In this document: positions 25,935 through 36,826 of the stretch, piece by piece | How the letters are laid out: every line of letters begins with the position of its first letter | How positions within the stretch are numbered: position 1 is the first letter of the stretch | The notes under the pieces: generated by a model | Database searches by the model: none | The model's input: only the letters and a program-made list of their open reading frames with translations | Told to the model about the DNA's origin: nothing | NCBI RefSeq assembly: GCF_006345805.1 | Contig: NC_043005.1 | Coordinates: 6,262,001-6,326,000, forward strand | From: Octopus sinensis | Taxonomy: Eukaryota | Length of the DNA stretch: 64,000 bases | Reading direction: 5' to 3' | Position numbers and translations under genes: made by a program

Positions 25935-26400
25935 GACTTGTACAAATGTATTTCAATATTATTATTATTATCAGGAACTATAAATAAACTGTGTGCATGT
26001 GTATGTGTGTGTGTATGTGTGTGTGTGTATGTGTGTGTGTATGTGTGTGTGTGTGTATGTGTGTGTGTGTGTATGTGTGTGTGTGTATGTGTGTGCAGGA
26101 TACATATTTAGGAACAAGAAGAATTATTTTAGTAAATATACTTTTACACGCTATTTTGGTCAGTATGCGTCTCTCACTGTTTGAATGGGTCCCATCCTCT
26201 TACACACACACACACACAACACACACACACACACACAACACACACACACATAAAGTGCATTCTTCGATATGCATGCCTATAGACACACACACACATACAC
26301 ACATGCAAACACAACCACACACACAAATGTATTTGCAGGTTACAGTGACAAACACACACACACACACACAAACATCTACATACACATGCACAAATCCTCA
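25935..26400. repeat. Compound (TG)n/(CA)n microsatellites
   Basis: Direct observation; explains the CVCV/HTHT ORFs. Confidence 0.9.
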
Positions 26401-27140
26401 ACTATAATCACAAGACATAAAGGATTAATTCTTGAAGCAATTTGAAGAGACTGGATACAGCACCGTTCCTCCTTCCGTCTCCCCCTCCCGCACCCCCTGT
26501 CAGTCAGGCATGGCCTTCAAAAGGACCTCTGTTACTTTAAAGTGTCTACTTTAAATTGAAGGGGTGGAATATGTGATAAGACTCTCTCTTATGTTGATAA
26601 TTCTCATTGGCAAGACATACTCACCTTTCATTCCCTTCTAATCAAAGGGGTCCCATCTGGATACCAGTACACGAAGAGAAGTCCTTTATTACTGTGTGTT
26701 AAGTTTTAACCCCTTCCCTTATTCTGACTGATAGAGAAGCTAAAACAAGTAATGATCTGTGAATCAGCCAGAGGGCCTGAATCAGAGAGGGAGTCGTGTG
26801 TGTGTGTGTGAAGGTGCATGGCCTAGTGGTTAGGGTGCCAAACTCACAGTCACCAGATCATGGGTTCAATCCCAGGATGGGTGACACATTGTGTTCTTGA
26901 GCAAAACACTGCATTTCACATTGCCCCTGTTCCCCCCCCTTTCTATCAGGGGGGAATGTTAGCCTGCTTGCCTAGCCAGTGGGGTGGTGTCTTTCAAATA
27001 CTAAAATGATGCAAAGCACATTGTGACCAGCGATGTGTAACAACACCTGATAATCTGGTTGGACATGTGAATATGTGATATATATATGTGTGTGTGTGTG
27101 AGTGTGTGTGTGTGTGTATGTGTGTGTGTGTGTGTGTGTG

Positions 27141-27337
27141 TACTCAAGGGGACACTGAACAGTTCCTGGCTTTAAGGGTATCACAAAAGGCCTGGTTGGA
27201 GGCCCAAACTTTTGAGCTCTTTTACAGGGTTTAGAAAAACTGAAGGACCGTTGCAATAAGTGTGTGAACCTGAGAGGAGAATATCTTGAATAAAATCATA
27301 ATCAACTGACCCTCTTGTATTTTCTTTTACCCAAAAC
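27141..27337 (+). mobile_element. Internally deleted mariner element (TIR plus last transposase codons)
   Basis: TA-AAGGGGACACTGAACAGTTCCTGGCTTT TIR-like start; LQGLEKLKDRCNKCVNLRGEYLE* matches the mariner C-terminus. Confidence 0.75.
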
Positions 27338-27665
27338 CATTTTGTCCAGCATGCTAACAATTCCGCCAGCTCACCACCTTCACAATCATTTGCATAAATA
27401 TTAAATTTATGTGTAACATAATATATATGTATGTATATTGATTTACCTGCTGTATCAAAGGGAACTATATAACATTCCTGACGATCGGTCCGGCAACGAA
27501 AGACACCTCCTGCTTCCTGAATATTTTTCTGCGCTGTTTGAGCTTTTGGGGCACCAACTAATAACCTGCCAAGTAGAGAAGAAATATTGAATATTTAGTA
27601 TTTTATATTTCAATATATATATATATATATATAATCAAAATAAACAACAAGGATATCCAAGGTAG

Positions 27666-27753
27666 TGTAGTACAATTGTTTCATGCTACTTTGTTTTATT
27701 AAACACTGTAAGTATTACATCAGTTTTAAAATGTCGAGCAATCTTCAGCCACA
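27666..27753 (-). ncRNA. Type I hammerhead ribozyme candidate with long loop II
   Basis: TGTGG-CTGAAGA-T-TGCT...AGCA-T-GAAAC-AATT-GTA-CTACA. 5-bp stem I, palindromic stem III ACAATTGT, GUA site. Confidence 0.6.
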
Positions 27754-27929
27754 TATAGAATTTTTCAATTAAACAGACAATGCACATTCTTATTCCTATT
27801 TCATTTGCCAACATTACAAAGAGGGTAGATATATAGACAGAGAGGTTAATTTCATCATTAAGAACATGGTGGAAGTATGTTCTTCTCCGTCTGTAGATTT
27901 TTTATCACTCATATATGTGTATATATATG

Positions 27930-28107
27930 TGCATGTATAACGGGAAGGTTTACGAAAATAAACAAAAGATGAAGGCAGGTGGAGTACAAACAAACAATTG
28001 TATTAGTATGGCACTCAGGAATAGAAATAAAACAAGTCTTTTACGTTTCGAGCCTATGCTCTTCGACAGAAAGATACACAGAAAAGAAACAAGGAGAGAA
28101 TATGTGC

Positions 28108-28110
<3 letters not shown>
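27930..28110 (-). mobile_element. Short hammerhead-bearing repeat family F (Penelope pLTR-like), copy 1
   Basis: Reverse complement is colinear with 32370..32555; flanked by TA/TG microsatellites. Confidence 0.75.
28037..28074 (-). ncRNA. Minimal hammerhead variant (core CUGUCGA)
   Basis: TCTTT-CTGTCGA-A-GAGC(ATAG)GCTC-GAAAC-GTA-AAAGA. 5-bp stem I, 4-bp stem II. Confidence 0.65.
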
Positions 28111-28190
<80 letters not shown>

Positions 28191-28227
28191 CACACACACA
28201 CATCTATATACAGACATACATACATGC

Positions 28228-28258
<31 letters not shown>

Positions 28259-28594
28259 CATACAAACACACATCTATATACAGACATACATACATGCATA
28301 TATATACATGCATATATATGTCCAACCCATGCTAGCATGGAAAGCGGACGCTAAACGATGATGATGATGATGATGATATATACATTTATATGACCAAATG
28401 CAATCAACAACAGAAGTACAAGAAACGTTCACAGCCCATGTTGTTAGTTTGACGTTCAAGAATGAACGGAAAGAATAAGGATGTTATGGCTTATGCTTTG
28501 GAGAACCTGTTTCTTTGGATACTGGAGAGAAGTCCAGGAAAAACTGGGAAGAGAAGGGAGGGGACAGCTGTTATGAACTACAGATAGTGATGTT

Positions 28595-29048
28595 CTTTAG
28601 TTAAGAGATGAAGAGTTATGTACTTTATTTACATTATTTACATTTGACAGATATTTGTCCTCATCTTGTTTGTTGTTAGCACATGTTTCAGCTGATATAC
28701 CCACCAGCCTTGAGGAAATTTCGAACCTGGGTACTCATTCCTAAGGTATTTTTCAATGATATATCATTATTATTATTATCATTATCATTATGCCCATGGG
28801 CATATTGCTATAGTGGTTAAGAGCGCAGGCTATTAACCCCAAGATTCAGAGTTCGATTCCAGGCAGTGACCTGAATAATAATGATAATAATAATAATAAT
28901 ATCATAGAAAAATACCTTAGGAAAGAGAACCCAGATTCAAAATTTCCCCAACACACCTGATGAAGGTTGGGGGGTATATCAGCCGAAATGTTGTGTTAAC
29001 AACAAACAAGATGAGGACAAATATCCGTCAAATGAATGTAAGTAATGT
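28595..29048. mobile_element. Inverted dimer of family E (headless minus arm plus complete plus arm) with a 13-bp TSD
   Basis: AGATAGTGATGTT at 28582..28594 and 29049..29061, palindromic centre TGCCCATGGGCA (28791..28802), arms mutually reverse-complementary. Confidence 0.85.
28953..28996 (+). ncRNA. Minimal type I hammerhead ribozyme (family E)
   Basis: ACAC-CTGATGA-A-GGTTG(loop)CAGCC-GAAAT-GTT-GTGT. Intact core; C15.2>U gives a U-G wobble. Confidence 0.7.
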
Positions 29049-29503
29049 AGATAGTGATGTTGTTATTCTTTCTGCAAACAAACTGTCAGCTAGCAGGCAT
29101 CCAGCTTGTAAAACAAGGCCTCAATAATGTATTCTGTAACCCATGCAGGCATGGCAAAATGGAAGTAAGAAATATGAATACACACACACACACACATGTA
29201 CATACAGACTGAAAATGTATCTTCACCAAAAATATTATCTTTCACACTGGTGGTGCTCTGCATAATTATGAGCAAACTAACATTTGATAGTCAGTAAAAT
29301 TATTATGACTGCTTTTACATGTATGTGTGTGTGTGTATATATATATATATTAGAGATAATGGTGTCATTGAGACCCAAAGGTGTCAGTTAATGCTGAATA
29401 AGTGCTATAGACAGACCATAGTTAAGTTCTAGGTCTGGTGATTTTGCAAATAAGGGTTTCAATGTGGGTCATATGTCAGCGTGTGTATATAAGAATTTTT
29501 AGC

Positions 29504-29721
29504 TGTGTAGATATTAGAGCATTTATAGATAGAAGGTCTTACAGCTGTTTCTAGGATATTAATTAATTATATCCCTTCATCGGAGACGGTGTGAGAAGAT
29601 GGTTAAATTAATTATTACTTAACCATCCTCTCACACAGTCTCCAATGAGGGGATATAATTAATTAATATCCTGGAAGCAGCTGTAAGACCTTCTATCTAT
29701 AAATGTTCTAATATCTACACA
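29504..29721. mobile_element. Foldback element (~105-bp arms), each arm holding a decayed hammerhead
   Basis: Arms are near-perfect reverse complements. Left arm minus strand: GTCT-CCGATGA-A-GGGATAT...ATATCCT-A-GAAAC-AGCT-GTA-AGAC. Right arm plus strand (29638..29689): same fold, more mutated. Confidence 0.85.
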
Positions 29722-30227
29722 ATCTTGTTTTTTTTTATCTCATTACACAAAAATTTCTTATATATATATATATACCTGAAACATGTGTACACAGACACAC
29801 ACACATATGGGTGTGCAGTTAAAAAGTTCATGTCATATTCTTGTGTAGCTTTGTTGCATTCTCACCCATGATGGAGACACATACCAACATTCCATGTGGT
29901 GGACTTGATAACTGATGAAAATGTTTTGCGCGAAACCAATGGTAGCCTTGTTAACCCACAAATAAAGAATATTTATCCCCAAATAGAGTGTTGATCACTA
30001 ATTCTCACTGTACCATATTTGCATATATTTTGACAAATATCATTGGATTTGTAGAACTTCTTTCCATAAATTAATCATACACTTAATATACTAATACTTC
30101 TTTCCATATCTTCACTAATTTACACCAGTAAACTCTCAGCAAAGTATGAAGAATCAACGTTAGAAATCTTTTTGGAAACCACTCCAATTAAAGGATGAAT
30201 CCACATTCAACCTTTTACACACATATA

Positions 30228-30800
30228 ATCGTCATCATCGTTTAACGTCCATTTTTTTCCATGCTAGCATGGGTTGGACAGTTTCACTGAGGACTGTCAA
30301 GCCAGTAGGCTGCATCAGGCTTCAATCTGATCTGGCAATGTTTCTACAGCTAGATGCCCTTCTTAATGCCAACCACTCCAAGAGTGTAGTGGGTACTTTT
30401 TAAGTTCTACTGGCGCAGGAGCCAGTCAGAGGGCACTAGCATCGGCCATGTTTGGATGGTCTTTTTACGTGCCACTTGTATGGGAGCCAGTCAGGCAGCC
30501 CTTGCATCGATCACATTAGGAGAGTGCTTTTTACATGTCACTGGCACAGGAGCCAGTCAGGGGTCACTGGCATCGGCCAGGTTCGGATGGTGCTTTTTAC
30601 ATGCCAATGGCACGGGAGCCAGTCAGGCAGACCTGGCATCGACCATGTTTGGATGATGCTTTTTACGTCCCACCAACATGGGTGCCACTCAGGGGGCACT
30701 GGCAACAAGTATGATTTTGGTTTTGGCTTTACTTGACTCAACATGTCTTCTCAAGCATATCATATTGCCGAATGCATCAAGGGGCTTTTTAAATGGGCTA
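30228..30800 (-). mobile_element. Family D copy with five ~65-bp internal units
   Basis: GGTGCTTTTTACRTGCCAC...GGAGCCAGTCAG...GGCATCG repeated five times in about 30390..30710. Confidence 0.9.
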
Positions 30801-30835
30801 GATATGCAACACTGGCATACATATATATAACACGC

Positions 30836-30882
<47 letters not shown>

Positions 30883-32369
30883 GTGCGTGTTATTATATGC
30901 TAACTCATATATATATATATATACATACACACACACACATTTTCTATATATGTATATGTGTGCATGCAGGTATATGTATATATGTGTCTATGTACAAGTA
31001 CATACATGTACACGTGTGTGTATGTGTGTGTGCGTGTGCATATACATGCATGTTGTATATGAAAGTGTTTGCGTATGAAGAATGTCTGAGAGACTGCAAA
31101 ACGAAGAGGCCACCACTTGTAGATAATCAACGAGATATTCCCCAGGCTGTAATTCTTGCTCAACTTGTCCACCATAACATAGCCTGAACATGGTTGTTTG
31201 ACCTGCTTGAAGTAGCAGCCAAAACTCCGCAAATTTCACATTAAGTAAAACAAGGACACGTTAGGAAATGTAATTTGAGGTATGTCATAAAAATAATAAT
31301 TTTTTTTTTTCTTTCAAATAGGATGGTCATAGCTAGAATGCTGTTTTATCATTGGTCTGTCCTGCTAGATTAGGGATAAGTTAAGGGGTAGGGCCAAGCA
31401 GGAACCATATGTGGATGTGAAGAAGATAAGAACATAGGCTTTACTCTCAGACACCATATCTATCAAGCATTTATTGGTTAAAGAGACCCAAGTTTACCAC
31501 AAAAAATGTAATAAGTAAAAATAAATAAAAATGGTGACTCAGTAATAATCTAATAATATTGGGTTTTTATTTCTCTATTTCTTCCTTTATTTGTTTATTT
31601 GGTGGGTGGGTGGGTGTGGGGTGCAGTGGTCTAAGGCAAGATGGTAAACTTGCCTTAGAAAATGTTATTGCCAATCCACAGCTGAAGCTAATTAACTTGG
31701 TTTTGTTGTTGTTGTTGTTTGGTTTCAGTTATCCAGTTCACATTCTGCCAAGGTCAGTATTGCCTTCAGCTTCCCAATTACTGCATCACCATCACCATCA
31801 CAAAGAGGAGGGAGGCGGAAGGAGGAAGAGGGGGAGGCAAGAAAATAGCTACTGGGCATGGCTGTGTGGTTAAGGAGTTCGTTTTAGAAACCCCCTGGTT
31901 AGGAGGTTCAGTCAGTCCCACTGCATGAACGCTGAGGATTCGTGACTCTACCATAGTCACGGAGCAACCGATATCTTGGGAATGATGTTGTTAGAAAAAC
32001 TGTGATTCCTTCAGTGTATGTGTGTGTGTGTATGCATGTATGTATGTGTATATATGTGTGAATGTTGTGTATATACATACGTATATTTCATATTTCTATG
32101 TATGTATGTATGTATGTATGTATGTATGTATATATGTATGTATGCGTGTGTATATATGTGTGAGTGTATGTGTGTATACATACATATATTTCATATTTGT
32201 ATGTATGTATGTGTATGTATGTATGTGTATGTATGTATGTAGGTTGTATGTATGTATGTATGTATGTATGTATGTATGTATGTACGTACGTATGTATGTA
32301 TGTATGTATCTCCCCTTCTCCCTAGCTCTCTTGTGTGACCCCTCTGTCCGGCCTTCGCCATAATAGATC

Positions 32370-32555
32370 GCTACCCACTACACATTCTTTATTTTCTCTC
32401 CTTGTTTCTTTCTGTGTTCCATTCTGAGGAAGAGCATAGGCTCGAAACGTTAAAGACTTTTTAACTTCCCGAGCGTTAAACTAATACATCTGTTTGTTTT
32501 GTACACCACCTGTGTTCGTCTTTTGTCCTTTTTTTTTGTGAACTCTCCTCCTATA
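32370..32555 (+). mobile_element. Family F copy 2
   Basis: Colinear with the reverse complement of 27930..28110. Confidence 0.75.
32419..32456 (+). ncRNA. Minimal hammerhead ribozyme (core CUGAGGA)
   Basis: CCATT-CTGAGGA-A-GAGC(ATAG)GCTC-GAAAC-GTT-AAAGA. Palindromic AACGTT; one mismatch in stem I. Confidence 0.65.
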
Positions 32556-33552
32556 TATGAGGATGCATGGCCTTGTGTTTGCAGCATTACACTCACAATT
32601 GTGAGATTGTGATTTCAGTTTGTAGACTGGATGGTGCATTGTTTCCTTGGGCAAAACACTTCATCTCTGAAATCGCTTCATCACCTAACGTTTGGTACAC
32701 AGTGCACCTGTTCAGGTAACGTTGATTTTGATGGAGGGAGTGAGCTTATGTGCAGCATGAAGATTTGATCGCTATAAACGATTCATTTGTGCAGGTCATT
32801 CGAACAAAAGCTGAACACTGATTCATTGTCTTTGACAGGGGAGTCCATTGTGTGTCTTTTTAATTGCATTTTATGTAAATGATGCATAAAATGCAGTGAA
32901 GAAGACAAAAAATGAATTAAGCACATCTTTATTATTGGTTCCAATTATTCTGGTACCACTCCATTCCTTGTGCAATTGCAAGTAAATGATCTCATGTGTA
33001 GTTCCATAATATTTGCAAAATTGTGTGTGTGTTTGCGTGAATAAGTTCAAATTTGCCCGTGTCTTTGCATGTCTTTGTTGACTGTAAACAAAGAGGGAAG
33101 GACGCTTGAGAGAGTTCGGTTCTCAGTGTATATTGTAACTTAATAAGAACACTGAAACTGATGCAGAGTCTTTGGACAAGCTCAGACTTGCTTTTGGTCA
33201 ATCAGAGTTGACCCTGGAATAGAGAATGCAACATTCAAAGGTTTATGCATCCTCATCACCAACAACCAGTGTTTGTTTTACATCAAGACGGAATAAGCAA
33301 AAAGCATTTCACTTATGTATTTTTTATATATGGAACATGATGTAACCAAAATAACGTGAATCACCATCATAGAAGTGGAGACCCTGTTTCTAAGCTTGCT
33401 TTGGTTGGTGACAGGACAGGCATCTGGCTGTGGAAAATTTGCCTCAATGAATTCTGTCTGATCCGTGCAAGCGTGGAAAAATGGACATCCAAATGATGAT
33501 GAGGATGAATATATAAGATGGGTGATCACAGCTGTGGTACCATTAATTAGAG

Positions 33553-33657
33553 GTGATGTTGGTCAGAACTGGATTGGAACTAAACAACAGCAGCAACATC
33601 TGATATATAAGACATGTCGTTTAGAGACAGCCACAAGCAAACTCTCCACAACTGATG
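33553..33657 (+). CDS. Candidate 105-nt symmetric exon (DVGQNWIGTKQQQQHLIYKTCRLETATSKLSTTD)
   Basis: ATG|GTAAGT consensus donor, AG at 33551..33552 (weak pyrimidine tract), open frame, phase 1-1. Confidence 0.35.
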
Positions 33658-34367
33658 GTAAGTATCCACTGCCTGATAAACGGTATTTTCTTTTTGGAAA
33701 TTTTTATTTTCAGAGAAATTGTAAATTTTATCAGAAACAGTTGAATAGTTATTTTATCTTAGTCATTTTATTTGGGGTTTGAATAGTTATCAGGGTGTGG
33801 CATGGCTGACAACTTCACTTTTTGAGGTTCAACTTTGGTTATCAAGTTTGGGTGGTACCTTCTTTTTCCTTTTCCAGAGAAGAGAAAAAAAAAATTTGTT
33901 ACATATTACTTAGATTTCTACTTAAAATGAACTGACATGCATTTCTGATATATGATATGATATATAACATGATATATATATATTGTATGTATATAAATGC
34001 ATGTGTGTGAGTAATATGATATGCATGTATCTGTGTGTGTGTAAAATATCATATATATATATATTTATGCATGTGTGTGTATGTGCATGTATGTGTGTGT
34101 GTGTGTGCATAATATATGATGTGTGTGTATGGGGCATGCTAATGATTCTGCCAGCTCATTACCCTATGATGGGACAATATATTACAATAGATTTAGGTCC
34201 CAAAGATCATAGTTCTTTGATCTTCCCTCATAAAATATGGGAGATCTGCATGGAACAAGTGTCAAAGAATTCAAGCAAAATCTGGAATATTCTGCTGTCT
34301 AAGATCTCAGTTGACCATTCTTTACTGCAAGACACACTCTATTATTTATCAAATGTGGAAATCTGAA

Positions 34368-35260
34368 TACGTGGTATGATCAATAAGTATCCGGACTGTT
34401 GCCATAGTAACAAAGCTAAAGCATGAAGAGTGAAGATGCTTGGCACAGATTGACCTTGAACTCTGCCGTGCATGTGCACTAAGTTTTGACGTTCTAGCTC
34501 ACTTCTACTGTTTACAGCAGTGCTTGGAAGAAACATGTGTAGTGTGTGATTGTTGCATTGACCCTGACAGAGGAAGTTGAGCAGAGAATCTGCATCAAAT
34601 TTTGCCAAAAGCTTGGCAATACTTGCTCAGATGCCTGCACTAAGTTTCCAAAAAGTTTTCATCATTCTTGACACAATTAAGGAGATCTTGTGTTATTGAA
34701 ACCCAAGTATCTTTTTTGATCAACTGAAAACAGTTTTGGGACAAACTTGGCAGACATGCATCTCATACCCTAATTTCTAGTGATAATGAACTGAACTGAA
34801 CCGTAACTAATCTGTACATTCTCTGATAACTCACAGATGGTCATTTGATGATTTCCCCTCACAGCTGCACACACACATCTGCAATGTTTTTCTCAGTTCT
34901 GCTGGTTGCGGGTCTCCCAGAACATTCATCAATATCTACATATTTTTCGACCATCTTGGAAATGTCTGAACCACTCGTATACTTGTGTGAGGATCATACA
35001 CTCCTCTCCATACACTTTGCATAGGCTTCTGAGTAGGTATCACCATGACAACTTTCTCTGTCATGGTCAATGAGATGATCACACGCTACACACCTTCCTT
35101 CCAAGCACTGCTGTAAACAGCGGAAGTGAGCTAGAATGCTAAAACTTAGTGCACATGCACAGTAGAGTCCAAGGTCAATTTTTGCGAAGTGGCTTCACTC
35201 TGTGGGCTTTAGCTTTGTTACTATGGCAATAGTCCAGATACTTATTGATCAGACCTCATA
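34368..35260. mobile_element. Mariner-derived foldback element made of two inverted 5' ends
   Basis: TA-CGTGGTATGATCAATAAGTATCCGGAC ... GTCCAGATACTTATTGATCAGACCTCA-TA. The left arm encodes EQRICIKFCQKLG; the right arm (minus) encodes VYEWFRHFQDGR / SGRPATSRTEKNI / ELSENVQISYGSVQ / SAKFVPKL. Confidence 0.9.
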
Positions 35261-36368
35261 TGGCTGCAGATACACTCATTTCTTCTACATCAACATCACA
35301 TATGCATATAACACACATTTATACATCTCAATGCAATCTTCTTCGTTGTGCTCTTTCTCCACACCCTCATCATCCTTTTCTTAACTTCCACTTTTCCATG
35401 CTTGCATGGGTCAGATGCAATTCATTAAAGCAGTTTTTTCTTTCTATAGCTGGCTGCCCTTTCTGTTGCCAACCCTTATCTGTTTCCAAGAAAAAATGCT
35501 TCCCCCATGGTGAAACATGCTTTCACAGAGGACTGGGAACAAACGACACTGCTTGTATGATGGAGATATTTGTTTACAACTGTCGCATGAGGTTAAGACA
35601 AGAACACACACACACACATACATGCACACACACTAAATGAAGGTTGGTGACAGGAAGAGTATCCAATCATAGAAAATATATCTCAGTAAATTCCAGCTGA
35701 CTCATGTGGGCAATGATGATGATGACGATGATGATGGTAATAGTATATTACAAAAGGCGACATCTCCCTATTGTCTTTAATGAGCTGGGTGACATTTGTT
35801 TCCAGTCTTCTGTAAAAGCATGTTTCACCCATCGTGGGCTTGAAAAGCAGACTACAGATAGTCAAGGATGTGGCAGAGACGATAGATTAGAGTGAAATTT
35901 GTTATTGTCCATATTTTGTTGGGTATAGTTTCATATTTTGTCACAACTCTCTCCAGAACCAATACACTCGACTCGAGTGCTCTTTAGTGATGAAATAAAC
36001 CATCTCTAATTTCAAAGTATCTTCATTTGCATGTGCTTGTAAGCTGTGTGTCTGTCTGTGTGTATAAGTGCATTTAAGAGACACAAAGCTCACTCACACA
36101 TACACACTATAAACAACCAACACCACACACACACAGACTTGCATGTACGCACATACCCACACATACACACAGATATCTTCTTCTCTTACACTCTCCTGTC
36201 TTAGAAAGAACTTTTTCTTCACCCATTCCCTTCTGGTCATTTCAAAATGTAACCACCTTTCTTTCCATCCCTGAGCATCTGCTAATACTTTGTACGTACC
36301 ATGTCCTCGCATTGTTGATTTTTTTCTTGTGTTTGTTCTTTGTCTTTTTAGATTTACGCACACACACA

Positions 36369-36411
<43 letters not shown>

Positions 36412-36744
36412 AGAATTCACAAAAAACAAAAGACAAAGACAGGTGGTGTAGATATATATATAAAATAATAAAGGGTAAAATTAATTAATCAATTGATAAT
36501 AATTTTAGCAAGTAGTTCAGTATGGTAAAAGAACCATTCATTATCAGTAAACTTATGCAAAAATTCTATAATTATGAGTATAATTATAATTAGGGTTCAG
36601 CAAAATTTGCTTCACCACATACCAAAATTTAGAAATAGCAGTTAAAATACTACACTACTACCTTAAGATTTCTCCCAGACAGCAATACTCAACAGCTTAC
36701 GCAGGTAAAGACAAAAAAATAATGAATCCACCCAGCTCTGATTA

Positions 36745-36826
36745 ACTGTATACGCGTTTCAGGGTTAGAGAGATGCAAAAAATGTAAAATCATATTCTTC
36801 TCACTCATTCCCTTCATCGATACAGT
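36745..36826 (-). ncRNA. Hammerhead-like fold with a variant core (UCGAUGA)
   Basis: ACTGTA-TCGATGA-AGGG...CCCT-GAAAC-GC-GTA-TACAGT. Perfect 6-bp stem I, palindromic stem III ACGCGT. Confidence 0.55.

Noticed and set aside
26600-26680. Strong minus-strand donor AAG|GTGAGT at about 26618
   Set aside because: All three frames upstream contain stops. It could be a non-coding exon, but nothing else supports it.
27470-27515. CTGACGA...GAAAG motif; similar weak motifs at 2520..2610, 12490..12575 and 41710..41740
   Set aside because: Flanking stems cannot be formed consistently; chance or heavily decayed.
29905-29955. CTGATGA...GAAAC-CAATG-GTA hammerhead-like motif
   Set aside because: Core and stem III look right, but stems I and II do not pair; at most a decayed copy.
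30390-30710. CRISPR-like repeat/spacer appearance (also at 11195..11400 and 24620..24790)
   Set aside because: The 'spacers' are homologous to each other, the array is internal to a dispersed SINE-like family, and there are no cas genes in this eukaryotic context.
30988-31239. Protein-like minus-strand ORF segment (YGGQVEQELQPGEYLVDYLQ)
   Set aside because: No recognisable family, no good donor, and overlapping open frames caused by the adjacent microsatellite.
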